Part shown: positions 27,389 through 37,049 of the stretch, in pieces
Position numbering within the stretch: position 1 is the first letter of the stretch
Layout of the letters: every line of letters begins with the position of its first letter
Source of the DNA: an uncultured bacterium
GTDB lineage: Bacteria > Muiribacteriota > CAYSPT01
Direction of reading: 5' to 3'
DNA length: 64,000 nt
Assembly: GCA_964593455.1 (NCBI GenBank)
Contig: CAZQHK010000016.1
Coordinates: 18,339 to 82,338, forward strand
Made by a program: the position numbers and the translations under genes
Notes under the pieces: model-generated
The model's database searches: none
What the model was told of the DNA's origin: nothing
The model's input: the letters and a program-made list of their open reading frames with translations, nothing else

Positions 27389-28624
27389 TTGTCCGCTGAG
27401 GACATTATTGTTGCTCTGGATTTAGGTACGGGCAAGGTGACAACTCTGGTAGGGGCTGTGGCTGAAGACGGAAATATCGAGATTATCGGCGTCGGTCAGG
27501 CCCAATCCACGGGGATGAAAAAAGGCGTTGTCATCAATATAGAAGAGACGGTCCGATCGGTGGAGATGTCCGTGGAAGAAGCCGAACGTATGGCTGACAT
27601 CGATATTGACTCGGTTTATATCGGCTTATCCGGTGCGCACATCTCATCCCAGAACAGTCGGGGAGTTATCGCCGTTGCCGGTTCAGACCGGGAGATCACC
27701 CACGAAGATGTGGAGCGGGTAATCGAGGCAGCCAGGGCAGCCCAGGTGAATCCTAACCGCGAGGTCATCCACATTATTTCACGTGAGTTTATCGTCGATG
27801 ATCAACGTGGTATCAAGGATCCGGTGGGAATGTCCGGAATACGGCTGGAAGCGGATGTTCACATCGTTACCGGGGCCGCGACTGCTGTTCAAAACGTGCT
27901 CAAGAGTGTCCAGAAAGCCGGTCTTCAGGTCAGAGATGTCATTCTCAGCAGTCTCGCCTCCGCGGAAGCGGTCCTCACCACCGACGAGAAGGAACTGGGA
28001 GTCTTATTGCTGGATATCGGGGCCGGCACCACGGATATCTGCCTTTTCGTGCACGGTGCCGTTGCTTTTTCCAGTGTCATTCCCCTGGGAGGAGACCATA
28101 TTACCAACGATGTCGCGGTGGGATTGAAGACACCGACATCTTCGGCGGAAACCATCAAGAAACTGCATGGCTGCGCCATGGTCTCGTTGGTGGAAGACAA
28201 AGAACTGATCGAGGTCCCGGTAACCGGGAGCGATAAGGTTCGAACGCTGCCCAAGCGCGCGTTGTGTGAGATCATCGAGCCGAGGGTGGAAGAGATTTTC
28301 CGGTTTGTCCGGGATGATGTGCAGAAATTCGGCGCGGGAGAGATGATTCCCGCCGGGTGTGTTGTAACCGGTGGGACGGGACTTCTGAACGGTATCGACA
28401 GCATTGCTTCAGAGGTCCTGGACATGCAGGTCAGAATAGGGGTTCCGGGTAAGGTGTCCGGACTGTCCGAGAAGGTTAAAAGCTCGGAATTCGCAACCGG
28501 TCTCGGGCTGCTTAACTACGGGATGCGTGACGATCTCGCCGGCGGCGGAGGATCATCATTCATGCCTGCCGGTCTCAGCCGATTGTGGGATCAATTCATG
28601 GGATGGATAAGGAGCATATTCTAG
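27389..28624 (+). CDS. ftsA: Cell division protein FtsA (actin-like ATPase)
   Basis: TTG start. IVALDLGTGKV phosphate-1 motif, LDIGAGTTD phosphate-2 motif and C-terminal amphipathic tail. Confidence 0.9.
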   Translation: MSAEDIIVALDLGTGKVTTLVGAVAEDGNIEIIGVGQAQSTGMKKGVVINIEETVRSVEMSVEEAERMADIDIDSVYIGLSGAHISSQNSRGVIAVAGSDREITHEDVERVIEAARAAQVNPNREVIHIISREFIVDDQRGIKDPVGMSGIRLEADVHIVTGAATAVQNVLKSVQKAGLQVRDVILSSLASAEAVLTTDEKELGVLLLDIGAGTTDICLFVHGAVAFSSVIPLGGDHITNDVAVGLKTPTSSAETIKKLHGCAMVSLVEDKELIEVPVTGSDKVRTLPKRALCEIIEPRVEEIFRFVRDDVQKFGAGEMIPAGCVVTGGTGLLNGIDSIASEVLDMQVRIGVPGKVSGLSEKVKSSEFATGLGLLNYGMRDDLAGGGGSSFMPAGLSRLWDQFMGWIRSIF

Positions 28625-28697
28625 CGTTTCCTTATCCGGTCGGTGAATACCGACGGGGATAGATAAAAAGAGAGAATCGCGAAGGAGGTAGTGGGAG

Positions 28698-29753
28698 TTG
28701 TTCAACTACGAAGCAGTGGAACAGGTAGCGGAGGTTAAAGTTATTGGGGTGGGCGGCGGCGGATCCAATGCCGTGAACCGGATGATCGCATCGAAACTGG
28801 TGGGGGTTGAGTTTATCGTCGCCAACACCGATGCACAGGTACTGGCATTGTCCGAAGCGCGTACCAAGCTGCAACTGGGCGACAAGCAGACCAAAGGCCT
28901 GGGCGCCGGCGCCGATGTGGAAGTCGGGCGCAAGGCGGCCGAGGAGGACCGGGAAAAGATCCGGAGCTCCCTGGAAGGCTCCGATATGGTATTTATAACC
29001 GCCGGTATGGGCGGCGGTACTGGAACAGGAGCGGCCCCGGTCGTGGCTGATGTAGCCCATGGTCTCAACGCGCTCACGGTAGCGGTCATAACCAAGCCGT
29101 TCAGTTTCGAAGGAAAAAAACGGATGAAACAGGCCGAGGAAGGCATCAAGGTCTTGCGTGAGAAGGTGGACGCGATCATCGTCATTCCCAACGATAAACT
29201 GCTCTCGGTTATCGATCAGGATACGCCTATTATGGATGCTTTCAAGGTGGCTGACGATGTACTGCTCCAGGGTGTGCAGGGTATTTCCGATCTCATCACC
29301 ATTCCTGGTCTGATCAATCTGGATTTTGCCGATGTGCGTACCGTCATGATGTCAGCCGGCTCGGCCCTTATGGGTATCGGACTAGGCACCGGTGAGAACC
29401 GGGCCGTCCAGGCCGCCCAGGCGGCAATCGGCTGTCCGCTGCTCGAGTCAACCATCGAGGGAGCCAAAGGTATTCTTCTTAATGTCACCGGCGGCATAAA
29501 TCTCGGACTTCACGAAGTAAACAAGGCTGCTGAAATCGTCAGCGAAGCAGCGGACGATGATGCCGAGATTATTTTCGGCGCGGTAATCAATGAGGAAATG
29601 GAAGACGACATCCGCCTGACCGTGATCGCCACCGGTTTCGACCAGGCTTCGGGAGTACTCTCCCGTCCGAAAGAGTTCAACAATGTGACTCGGCTTCGCA
29701 CCGCCCGGTCGGATGAACTGGACGTGCCGTCATTCCTGCGTTCAAAGAGTTGA
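28698..29753 (+). CDS. ftsZ: Cell division GTPase FtsZ
   Basis: TTG start after GAAGGAGG. Tubulin signature GGGTGTG ([15 protein letters not shown]) and [13 protein letters not shown]-terminus. Confidence 0.95.
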   Translation: MFNYEAVEQVAEVKVIGVGGGGSNAVNRMIASKLVGVEFIVANTDAQVLALSEARTKLQLGDKQTKGLGAGADVEVGRKAAEEDREKIRSSLEGSDMVFITAGMGGGTGTGAAPVVADVAHGLNALTVAVITKPFSFEGKKRMKQAEEGIKVLREKVDAIIVIPNDKLLSVIDQDTPIMDAFKVADDVLLQGVQGISDLITIPGLINLDFADVRTVMMSAGSALMGIGLGTGENRAVQAAQAAIGCPLLESTIEGAKGILLNVTGGINLGLHEVNKAAEIVSEAADDDAEIIFGAVINEEMEDDIRLTVIATGFDQASGVLSRPKEFNNVTRLRTARSDELDVPSFLRSKS

Positions 29754-29815
29754 TGAGAAACGGTTGACGGAAGCTGTAAAAAAGGTCGAATAAGACCTGC
29801 TATCTCCTTTAAAGC

Positions 29816-29855
29816 AACGGAGGCTTTGCAAATCAAAGCCTCCGTTTTTATTTTG
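29816..29855 (+). terminator. Rho-independent terminator after ftsZ
   Basis: 12-bp stem AACGGAGGCTTT / AAAGCCTCCGTT with a 7-nt loop, followed by TTTTTATTTT. Confidence 0.7.
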
Positions 29856-30089
29856 GTCATGCGTTTTCGTGATAGTTCTACTGCGGAAACGGATGCTCGG
29901 TCATATGCTTCGTCGAGCTTGAAATTGACAAGTCTTAATCTGGATGATTGAGTTCCGGTATACTGGAATATAACATGAGGAGATCTTTTTATGTCATCTG
30001 TTGGCGCCGTCGGCGGGATGGGTGCCCGCCCAATGTCAGTAAAAAGTCCGATTGCGAAGAGCAACAATTCAGCTTCCGTTAAAACGCAC

Positions 30090-32048
30090 TTAGCGCAACT
30101 CCCGCTTTTTTTCTATCAATTGGGTGACGATGGAGGGATCAGCTAACGTGCTCGTATCCCCGAGGTCTTCAGTCTCATCTACAGCTATTTTGCGGAGAAG
30201 ACGACGCATGATCTTACCGGAGCGGGTTTTTGGAAGCCCATGGGTAAGTAAGATATGATCCGGTGTCGCAATCGGACCAATATGATGACGGACTTCGTTT
30301 TTCAATTCACCGATAAGTTCAGCGCTTTCTTCATAGCCGTCATTGAGGATGACATAAGCAAAAATCCCCTGCCCTTTGATCTCGTGATGACATCCCACTA
30401 CCGCTGCTTCAGCGCAAGATTCATGTTGCACCAGAGCGCTTTCCACTTCGGCGGTTCCCATGCGGTGTCCGGAAACGTTCAACACATCATCCACCCGACC
30501 GGTAATCCAATAATAGCCATCTTTGTCTCGCCTGCAACCATCCCCGGTCAGGTAGTACCCTGGGTACTTATCCAGGTAGGTCTCCATAAATCGAGGATGA
30601 TCTCCATAGATGGATCGCGCCATACTGGGCCAGGGCTGTTTGATGGCCAGTAAACCGTTCACCTCATTGTCATGAATCTCGTGACCTTCTTCGGTGAGCA
30701 ATACCGGTTCAATTCCAAAGAAAGGGAGGGTTGCCGAGCCTGGTTTCGTATCGATTGCACCTGGTAGCGGGCTAATCATAATCCCACCGGTTTCAGTTTG
30801 CCACCAGGTATCCACCACGGCACATTTCCCTTCACCTACGACGTGGTAATACCATTGCCAGATCTCCGGATTTATCGGTTCACCGACGGTACCGAGAATT
30901 CGAAGGCTGGAACGATCATATTTTGTAACAAAATCATCCCCATCTTTAGCGATGGCCCGGATAGCAGTCGGCGCGGTATAAAACTGAGTTATCTTCAGCC
31001 GCTCTACCATGTCCCAATAACGTCCGGCATCCGGGTAGGTGGGGATACTTTCAAACATCACCGTGGTAGCCCCGTTAGCCAGAGGCCCGTAGACGACATA
31101 AGAATGACCGGTAATCCATCCGACATCAGCGACACACGCAAAGATGTCATCTTCCTGATGATCGAATATCAGTTTATACGTTAACGTAGCATAGAGGAGA
31201 TATCCGGCGGTAGTGTGGATAATTCCTTTTGGTTTACCGGTACTGCCGGAAGTATAGAGGAGAAAAAGAATATCTTCGCTATCCATCGGTTCGATGGGTG
31301 CATACGGACGTTCCAGCTTCATTGCCTCGAGCAGCCATACATCTCGTTGGGGATAAAATGGAATGTTGGCTCCGGTGTGGGCCACAATATAGACATGTTC
31401 CACACAGGGACAGGCCATCACGGCTTCGTCGACGGTTCTTTTAAGAGGAATACGTTTTCCACCCCGCAAACCTTCATCGGCGGTAATGACGGCCTTACAC
31501 GTGGCGTCTAAGATTCTATCTCTGAGAGCTTCCGCACTAAATCCGGCGAAAACAACCGAATGGATCGCTCCGATACGGGCACAAGCAAGCATGGCGAAAG
31601 CTGCCTCCGGGATCATTGGCATGTAGATGGCGACACGGTCTCCTCTTCGAACACCATCTTTACGCAAGACGTTGGCTAATCGGCAAACCTTCTCATGGAG
31701 TTCCCGGTAGGTTATTTTACGAATATTTCCGGGTTCATCACCTTCCCAAAGGATGGCCACTTTGTCGGCCTGTGTGGCGAGGTGTCGGTCCACACAGTTT
31801 TCGGTCACGTTCAAACGTCCTCCTAAAAACCAGGAAATAAGTCCCGTTTTAAAGTCGGATTGTTTGGTGGTATGGAACTCATGCTGCCAGTTAATGGTCT
31901 CTTTCGCTTTGGCAGACCAATAGGTTTCCGGATCTTCAATACTCAATTTATATTGGGACTGATAGCTGGCTATCGAATTAATACGGGCATCTTTTTGTAA
32001 TGATTTTTGGGGAACATAACGGTCGGCATGTGATATTTCCTTTGACAT
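30090..32048 (-). CDS. acs: Acetyl-CoA synthetase (AMP-forming)
   Basis: ATG at 32048 is preceded by a perfect AGGAGG RBS. N-terminus matches the Acs family (YQSQYKLSIEDPETYW), with AMP-binding motifs YTSGSTGKPKG and the C-terminal lysine region. The ORF call extending to 32153 (TTG) is probably over-extended. Confidence 0.95.
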   Translation of the reverse strand: MSKEISHADRYVPQKSLQKDARINSIASYQSQYKLSIEDPETYWSAKAKETINWQHEFHTTKQSDFKTGLISWFLGGRLNVTENCVDRHLATQADKVAILWEGDEPGNIRKITYRELHEKVCRLANVLRKDGVRRGDRVAIYMPMIPEAAFAMLACARIGAIHSVVFAGFSAEALRDRILDATCKAVITADEGLRGGKRIPLKRTVDEAVMACPCVEHVYIVAHTGANIPFYPQRDVWLLEAMKLERPYAPIEPMDSEDILFLLYTSGSTGKPKGIIHTTAGYLLYATLTYKLIFDHQEDDIFACVADVGWITGHSYVVYGPLANGATTVMFESIPTYPDAGRYWDMVERLKITQFYTAPTAIRAIAKDGDDFVTKYDRSSLRILGTVGEPINPEIWQWYYHVVGEGKCAVVDTWWQTETGGIMISPLPGAIDTKPGSATLPFFGIEPVLLTEEGHEIHDNEVNGLLAIKQPWPSMARSIYGDHPRFMETYLDKYPGYYLTGDGCRRDKDGYYWITGRVDDVLNVSGHRMGTAEVESALVQHESCAEAAVVGCHHEIKGQGIFAYVILNDGYEESAELIGELKNEVRHHIGPIATPDHILLTHGLPKTRSGKIMRRLLRKIAVDETEDLGDTSTLADPSIVTQLIEKKRELR

Positions 32049-32228
32049 TATAAGCCTCCTTAGAGAATAGAACGTATCCTTCATTGTACCACTTCCTGAA
32101 GTTAGATATATAGGTTCTGATAACAAAGGCTCATATGCTTCTGAAGGTTCCAATCAAGCTTTGTTTTGGCGTAGCCCCCGGTTGGGTTGATATGATAGAA
32201 TGATACAGGATCTTTTTACATGTGAGGT

Positions 32229-33425
32229 GTGCTCGTGTTATCAGTGTGTATGATCGTCAAAAACGAGGAAGCGCTGCTTAATGACTGTCTGGCCAGCGTC
32301 AAATCGGTGGCTGACGAAGTAATCGTGGTTGATACGGGGTCCGATGACAAAACGGTGGAGATTGCCGAATCTCACGGGGCTCGGATATTCACTATTGAGT
32401 GGACCGACGATTTTTCGGCAGCCAGGAATTTTTCCCTGGAGCAGGCCACGGGTAACTGGATTCTGGTTGTGGATGCCGATGAACGTCTGGCTGAAGAAGA
32501 TCTGGAAAAAGTGAGAAACTGGATCTCTAAAAAGGATGTCGACGTGGTGAACGTCAAGATCCTTGACGAAGGCGGCACCTTCGGGCGTCTACCCCGGTTG
32601 TTCAGGACCGGCCGGGGCCTTCACTACCAGGGCCGGGTCCACGAACAGCTGGTTTTTTCATCGGGTGAAAAGCCTGTTAAAATATTTGATTCCGAGGTCC
32701 GGTTGCACCATGTGGGTTACAACCCCCAAATGATTTCCCAACGATCGAAGATCGAGCGTAACATGGCCCTTTTGAACCGGATTCTTGAAGATTCCCCGAA
32801 AGATATTGCCGCCCGTTATCACCTGGCCTGCACACTCCAATATGCCTGTAAGTATCCCGAAGCGTTGCGCAAGTGGGATGAAGTAATGCAGATCGTGTCC
32901 GGGGAGGAGCTGGCGGAAGCCATTAAAAACAGGGCTATCTGTCTTTTCGAGGTCGGGCCGCCCAAGGACGCCCTGTTGGCTCTCGATGAGGCCGTGAGGG
33001 CGTTCCCGGACGAGGTGTCGTTACATGTCCGGTTGGCCCAGCTCTACCAGGCCACAGGAGACCTGACGGGACTGCGGCGGGAAATCAGGATCTTGACCAA
33101 GCTCGATCCCGAGGACCGCAATCTCAGGGTGGTTCGGGCCATCCTCTATTTTCGGGAAGAGAGCTACTACCAGTCGGGAGTCGAGTTTGCCAAGCTGCTG
33201 GTGGATTATCCGGATGAGCCCTTGAGCTACGTGAACCTGGCTCACGTTCTGATTCTGTCCGGTGACATGTGGGAAGCGCTGTCGACCCTGGAGGAAGGCG
33301 TGCGTTGTTGCGGTTCGGTAGACGTTTTCGTCCGGCCATTGCTGGCGATCAAGGGCGAATGTGATCCGAAACTCCTACCCAGGCTGGATAAGCTGTTCGA
33401 AAAATTCCCGGTGCTGAGCTCATGA
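32229..33425 (+). CDS. Family 2 glycosyltransferase fused to a C-terminal TPR-repeat domain
   Basis: GT2 N-terminus SVCMIVKNEE...VVDTGSDDKT...DADE (DxD). The C-terminal ~200 aa has TPR-like helical repeats. GTG start at 32229 or 32235. Confidence 0.75.
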   Translation: MLVLSVCMIVKNEEALLNDCLASVKSVADEVIVVDTGSDDKTVEIAESHGARIFTIEWTDDFSAARNFSLEQATGNWILVVDADERLAEEDLEKVRNWISKKDVDVVNVKILDEGGTFGRLPRLFRTGRGLHYQGRVHEQLVFSSGEKPVKIFDSEVRLHHVGYNPQMISQRSKIERNMALLNRILEDSPKDIAARYHLACTLQYACKYPEALRKWDEVMQIVSGEELAEAIKNRAICLFEVGPPKDALLALDEAVRAFPDEVSLHVRLAQLYQATGDLTGLRREIRILTKLDPEDRNLRVVRAILYFREESYYQSGVEFAKLLVDYPDEPLSYVNLAHVLILSGDMWEALSTLEEGVRCCGSVDVFVRPLLAIKGECDPKLLPRLDKLFEKFPVLSS

Positions 33426-33587
33426 TCGGCAGGGGAAAACGCGGCCAGACCGCAACCGCAGGTTAAAAATACTGCCTTCATTTAATGCGGTTGAGCAAGT
33501 GAAACCGTTGATTTCGGCCGGTGCCGATGAGCTTTACTGCAGCGTGGTTGAAGGGAAATGGCTGGACCAGGGATTCTGTTCCGAAGA

Positions 33588-34868
33588 TCACAACGCGGAA
33601 CAGAGAAGGGTGCCTTGTTTGTATCCGGTAATCCGTACCCGTAAAAGTTTCCCCATGTCTGCCGGTGTGTTCCGGTTCGTCAGTTTGCCCGTGAGGTAGG
33701 TTCCGGTAAGAAGGCTGGCCGGAGGTCCTTCATTGATCACCACGGCTTCGTGGATGGTCCCCGAGGCTTTTTTCAATACATGGTCTATTTTTTCCCCTTC
33801 GAGGTCGTGCAGTATACGGCTTCTGTCTTTCTTTACCGCCGGTAGGACGTCGTCGTTAAGCGCCGCGGCCTGCGTTCCCGGCCGGGGGGAGTAACGGAAT
33901 ACGTGGAGATATGTGAACGGCAGTTCCTCGACCAGGCGCCGGGTGTTCTCAAACTCCTGTTCCGTTTCTCCGGGAAAACCGACCATGATGTCGGTCCCCA
34001 GCCCGAAATCGTCGAACCTCTCCTCGATCAGGGACACCGTTTTTTTATAGCTGTCCACGGTATACTCGCGGTTCATTCTCCGCAATACCCTATCGTCACC
34101 GCTTTGGAGCGGCAGGTGAAAGTGCGGGCAAACGATGTCCGAGGCGGCCATGGTGTCGATCAGGTCGGCGGTAATCCATTGCGGTTCGAGGGAGCTCAGC
34201 CTGATCCGGAAAACTCCTTCCAACTCGTGTATCGATTCGATGAGCCTGGTGAGTGAACCGGGCGGGCTTAGATCAGAACCGTAGCTGGCCAGGTTGACGC
34301 CGGCCAGCACGATTTCCTCGAATCCGGCTCGTACCAGGTACTGAAGCCGGCTGAGAACCAGGGAAACGGGCATACTGGCAGGTGTGCCCCGTATGTGCCT
34401 GACAATGCAGTAGGCGCAGGTGCCGGAACATCCGTCTTGAATCTTCAGGATACCGCGTGAGCGCATCCTGAGACCGTCGGAAGAAGTTGCCTCGGTAACG
34501 GTGTGATTCCGGGTTGACTCGTTCACACTGCCGGTGATGTCGAGCAGGTCGAGGATTGCCTCCGGATTGTGGCCTGGGACGATGTCATCGATTCCCGTGG
34601 AGGTCTTAAGCTCGGTCAGGTAGGCGGTGGGATAACAGCCGCACAGGATAATCCGGGCCCGGGAGTTGTCCCGGGCGAGTTTCCTTACCCGCTGCCGCAC
34701 CTTTTGCGCGCCGCGTCCGGTGACACAACAGCAGTAGATGATAATGATATCCGCCTGGTCAAATGTCAGGACCCTGGTCACTTCGCCGGTGTCGACCAGT
34801 ATCCGAATGGTTTCAAAGGCGTCGCTTTGACTGACCTTGCATCCGAAATTAACGGCGATGGCTTTCAT
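33588..34868 (-). CDS. MiaB-family radical SAM methylthiotransferase (MtaB-like), with MTTase N-terminal domain and C-terminal TRAM
   Basis: N-terminal IAVNFGCKVSQSD. Radical SAM cluster motif CSGTCAYC. C-terminal TRAM-like segment. Translationally coupled to rimO (ATGA overlap). Confidence 0.7.
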   Translation of the reverse strand: MKAIAVNFGCKVSQSDAFETIRILVDTGEVTRVLTFDQADIIIIYCCCVTGRGAQKVRQRVRKLARDNSRARIILCGCYPTAYLTELKTSTGIDDIVPGHNPEAILDLLDITGSVNESTRNHTVTEATSSDGLRMRSRGILKIQDGCSGTCAYCIVRHIRGTPASMPVSLVLSRLQYLVRAGFEEIVLAGVNLASYGSDLSPPGSLTRLIESIHELEGVFRIRLSSLEPQWITADLIDTMAASDIVCPHFHLPLQSGDDRVLRRMNREYTVDSYKKTVSLIEERFDDFGLGTDIMVGFPGETEQEFENTRRLVEELPFTYLHVFRYSPRPGTQAAALNDDVLPAVKKDRSRILHDLEGEKIDHVLKKASGTIHEAVVINEGPPASLLTGTYLTGKLTNRNTPADMGKLLRVRITGYKQGTLLCSAL

Positions 34869-36232
34869 GGGGAAACGGGTACGTCTCCCGGTACGGGAGC
34901 AGCCACCAGATCAACGGCGTCGGCATTGATGTATTTCACGGTGAGCCACGATCCCGGCTGTCCTTCCCAGGAGTCGATGTACACTACTCCGTCGATCTCG
35001 GGAGCTTGTGAATAGCTTCTGGCCGTCCAGGCCGGAATCTCAGCTGAAAAATTTTCTACCAGGACGGTTTCCACGGTACCGATGCGCTTTTCGTTTTTTT
35101 CCCGGGCGATGTGTTCTTGAATACCACAGACTATATTGAGCCGTTCCTGTTTGATCTCTTCCGGGACCTGGTTGAGAAACGAGGCGGCCGGGGTATCCTC
35201 TTCCGGGGAGTATGTGAAAAATCCCGCATGATCGAGCCGGTACTTTTTAAGAAATTCGCACAGTTCGTTGAAGGACCGGTCCGTTTCTCCCGGGAAACCG
35301 ATAATAAAAGTGGATCGTAAAACCACTGAGTCAAGGCGGTTTCTCAGGCCGGTGATAATCATTTCCAGGCGCGAGCGTGTCACTTTGCGGTCCATGGCTT
35401 TGAGCAGGTCATCGTCCACGTGTTGGAAGGGAATATCGATGTAGTTACAGATTTTCTTTTCATTCCCGATGGTGTCGATCAACCGTTCGGTGATATGGGC
35501 TGGATGGGCGTAGAGAAGGCGTAACCAGCCGATCCCGTCTATTGTTGCCAACCGGGTGAGCAACCCGGCCAGGGCATCCGGTTCTCCCCGGTCCCGGCCG
35601 TAGGCGGTGATGTCCTGGGCCACGAGTACCAGCTCTTTTACTCCCTGTTCGGCCAGGCAGCGGGCTTCTGTCATGATGTCTCCGGAAGGTCTGCTTCTCA
35701 AATAACCGCGGATTGAAGGAATGAGACAGTACGAGCAGCAATTGTCGCAACCCTCCGAGAGTTTAAGGTACGCGGTCGGGGATGGGGTGGACAGAATCCG
35801 ATGTCCCTGGGTCGTGGGGGCCAGGGTAACGGGACGTTTCACGGGCAGTATTGACTCTGGCCGGTTTCCGGGCCGGTTGTCGATAGCCGCCCCGATGGTG
35901 TGGAAATGATCGATCCCTATCACCGCGTCCACCTCCGGGATACTGCCCCGGAGAGAGTCACTGTACCGTTGCACCAGGCAACCCGCCACTATCAGTCGTT
36001 TCAGCCGTCCGGAGGCCTTGTGCTCGGCGGCTTCCAGTATGACGTCAATTGATTCCTGGGCGGCGTCTCCGATGAACGCACAGGTGTTGATTACCACCCC
36101 TTCGGCTTCCTCGTATGTGTTAACCAGCCGGTGTTTGCCCTGGCGGATGAGATAGGCCAGGTACTCAGAATCAACCGTGTTCTTGGGACAGCCGAGAGTT
36201 ATCAGCAGAATCTTCAAAAAATCACCCTGCAA
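34865..36232 (-). CDS. rimO: Ribosomal protein S12 methylthiotransferase
   Basis: ILLITLGCPKNTVDSE N-terminus typical of RimO. Radical SAM CDNCCSYC. TRAM C-terminus. Confidence 0.8.
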   Translation of the reverse strand: MQGDFLKILLITLGCPKNTVDSEYLAYLIRQGKHRLVNTYEEAEGVVINTCAFIGDAAQESIDVILEAAEHKASGRLKRLIVAGCLVQRYSDSLRGSIPEVDAVIGIDHFHTIGAAIDNRPGNRPESILPVKRPVTLAPTTQGHRILSTPSPTAYLKLSEGCDNCCSYCLIPSIRGYLRSRPSGDIMTEARCLAEQGVKELVLVAQDITAYGRDRGEPDALAGLLTRLATIDGIGWLRLLYAHPAHITERLIDTIGNEKKICNYIDIPFQHVDDDLLKAMDRKVTRSRLEMIITGLRNRLDSVVLRSTFIIGFPGETDRSFNELCEFLKKYRLDHAGFFTYSPEEDTPAASFLNQVPEEIKQERLNIVCGIQEHIAREKNEKRIGTVETVLVENFSAEIPAWTARSYSQAPEIDGVVYIDSWEGQPGSWLTVKYINADAVDLVAAPVPGDVPVSP

Positions 36233-36402
36233 TCTATTTTGAGTATTTCACCATCTTTTCCGTCAGGCCGTCAAATCGTGGAGCAAAGAAGAGCGTATGA
36301 CGGTAAATTGTGAGATTGAAATAAAGCCCCACGGCGATCACTTGATTTTTCCCTACGGCTGCGTTACAGTGAAATCTTAAAATGATTTTTTCTAAGTAGC
36401 AT

Positions 36403-36430
36403 GGAACAAAAGTATGGTAATTAATCGTTA
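36403..36430 (+). promoter_or_regulatory. Candidate ECF-type autoregulatory promoter (GGAAC -35, CGTT -10) ahead of the ECF sigma gene
   Basis: GGAACA at 36403-36408 and CGTTA at 36426-36430, about 18 nt apart. Its position favours the downstream ATG 36516 as the sigma-factor start. Confidence 0.25.
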
Positions 36431-36515
36431 TCAAGAATGGAGCCAGGAAGTGACTGCTCGGTCGGCTGATACCAGGCTTGACAAGAAGACGATAAAGCAA
36501 AAGAAGGTACGGTTT

Positions 36516-37049
36516 ATGGAAGAGATCATGCCTCACTTGAACTCTCTGTATCGGTCCGCTTATTTTATGGTAGACAACATGTTTGACTCCGAGGACCTGG
36601 TGCAGGATACGCTGCTCGCATCGTTCAGGTCTTTTCACACTTATCGTTCGGGCACCAATGCCCGAGCCTGGTTGATGAAGATCATGAGAAACCTCTTTAT
36701 CGACTGGATGCGCCGCAAACAGCGTGCCGTGAAGACCGTGACTTTGCCGGAGGCGTTTGAAAACAATATTTCCTACGAGGAGATGTTGAAACAGGGCCTG
36801 GAGGACCCGGAGTTCCAGTCTCTCGTGAATGTGCTTCCTGAAAACCTGGAAAAAGCGCTCAAGCAGCTTCCGGAAGATTTCCGCACGGCTTTGACCTTGT
36901 GCGACATCGAAGGGATGACCTATCTGGAGATAGCGGAAGTGATGGATTGTCCTTTGGGAACGGTGCGCTCACGGATATTCCGTGCCAGAAAAATAGTTCG
37001 AGTTTTGATTAAAAAAAAATCTGCGCAACAGAAAGGTAGAAGCAGATGA
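36516..37049 (+). CDS. ECF-subfamily RNA polymerase sigma factor
   Basis: Region 2 (LYRSAYFMV...DLVQDTLL...AWLMKIMRNLFIDWMRR) and region 4 (ALTLCDIEGMTYLEIAEVMDCPLGTVRSRIFRARK). The ORF call from 36414 would add ~34 non-conserved residues. Confidence 0.8.
   Translation: MEEIMPHLNSLYRSAYFMVDNMFDSEDLVQDTLLASFRSFHTYRSGTNARAWLMKIMRNLFIDWMRRKQRAVKTVTLPEAFENNISYEEMLKQGLEDPEFQSLVNVLPENLEKALKQLPEDFRTALTLCDIEGMTYLEIAEVMDCPLGTVRSRIFRARKIVRVLIKKKSAQQKGRSR

Noticed and set aside
29991-30134. 47-aa ORF (MSSVGAVGGMGARPMSV...) with GAGGAG RBS, downstream of a TTGACA ... TATACT pair, antisense to the acs 3' end
   Set aside because: The TTGACA-to-TATACT spacing is 28 nt, which is not a functional sigma70 promoter. 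The peptide is low-complexity and overlaps the acs terminus on the other strand. Kept only as a remote possibility of a small antisense-encoded peptide.
33426-33587. Possible terminator ACCGCA...TGCGGT between convergent GT2-TPR and mtaB-like genes
   Set aside because: 6-bp stem with a 25-nt loop and no U-tract. Too weak to call.
36414-36515. Upstream ATG start (36414) for the ECF sigma factor
   Set aside because: The extra 34 residues are not sigma-like, and the candidate ECF promoter (-10 at 36426-36430) would fall inside the CDS. ATG 36516 gives a canonical region-2 N-terminus.
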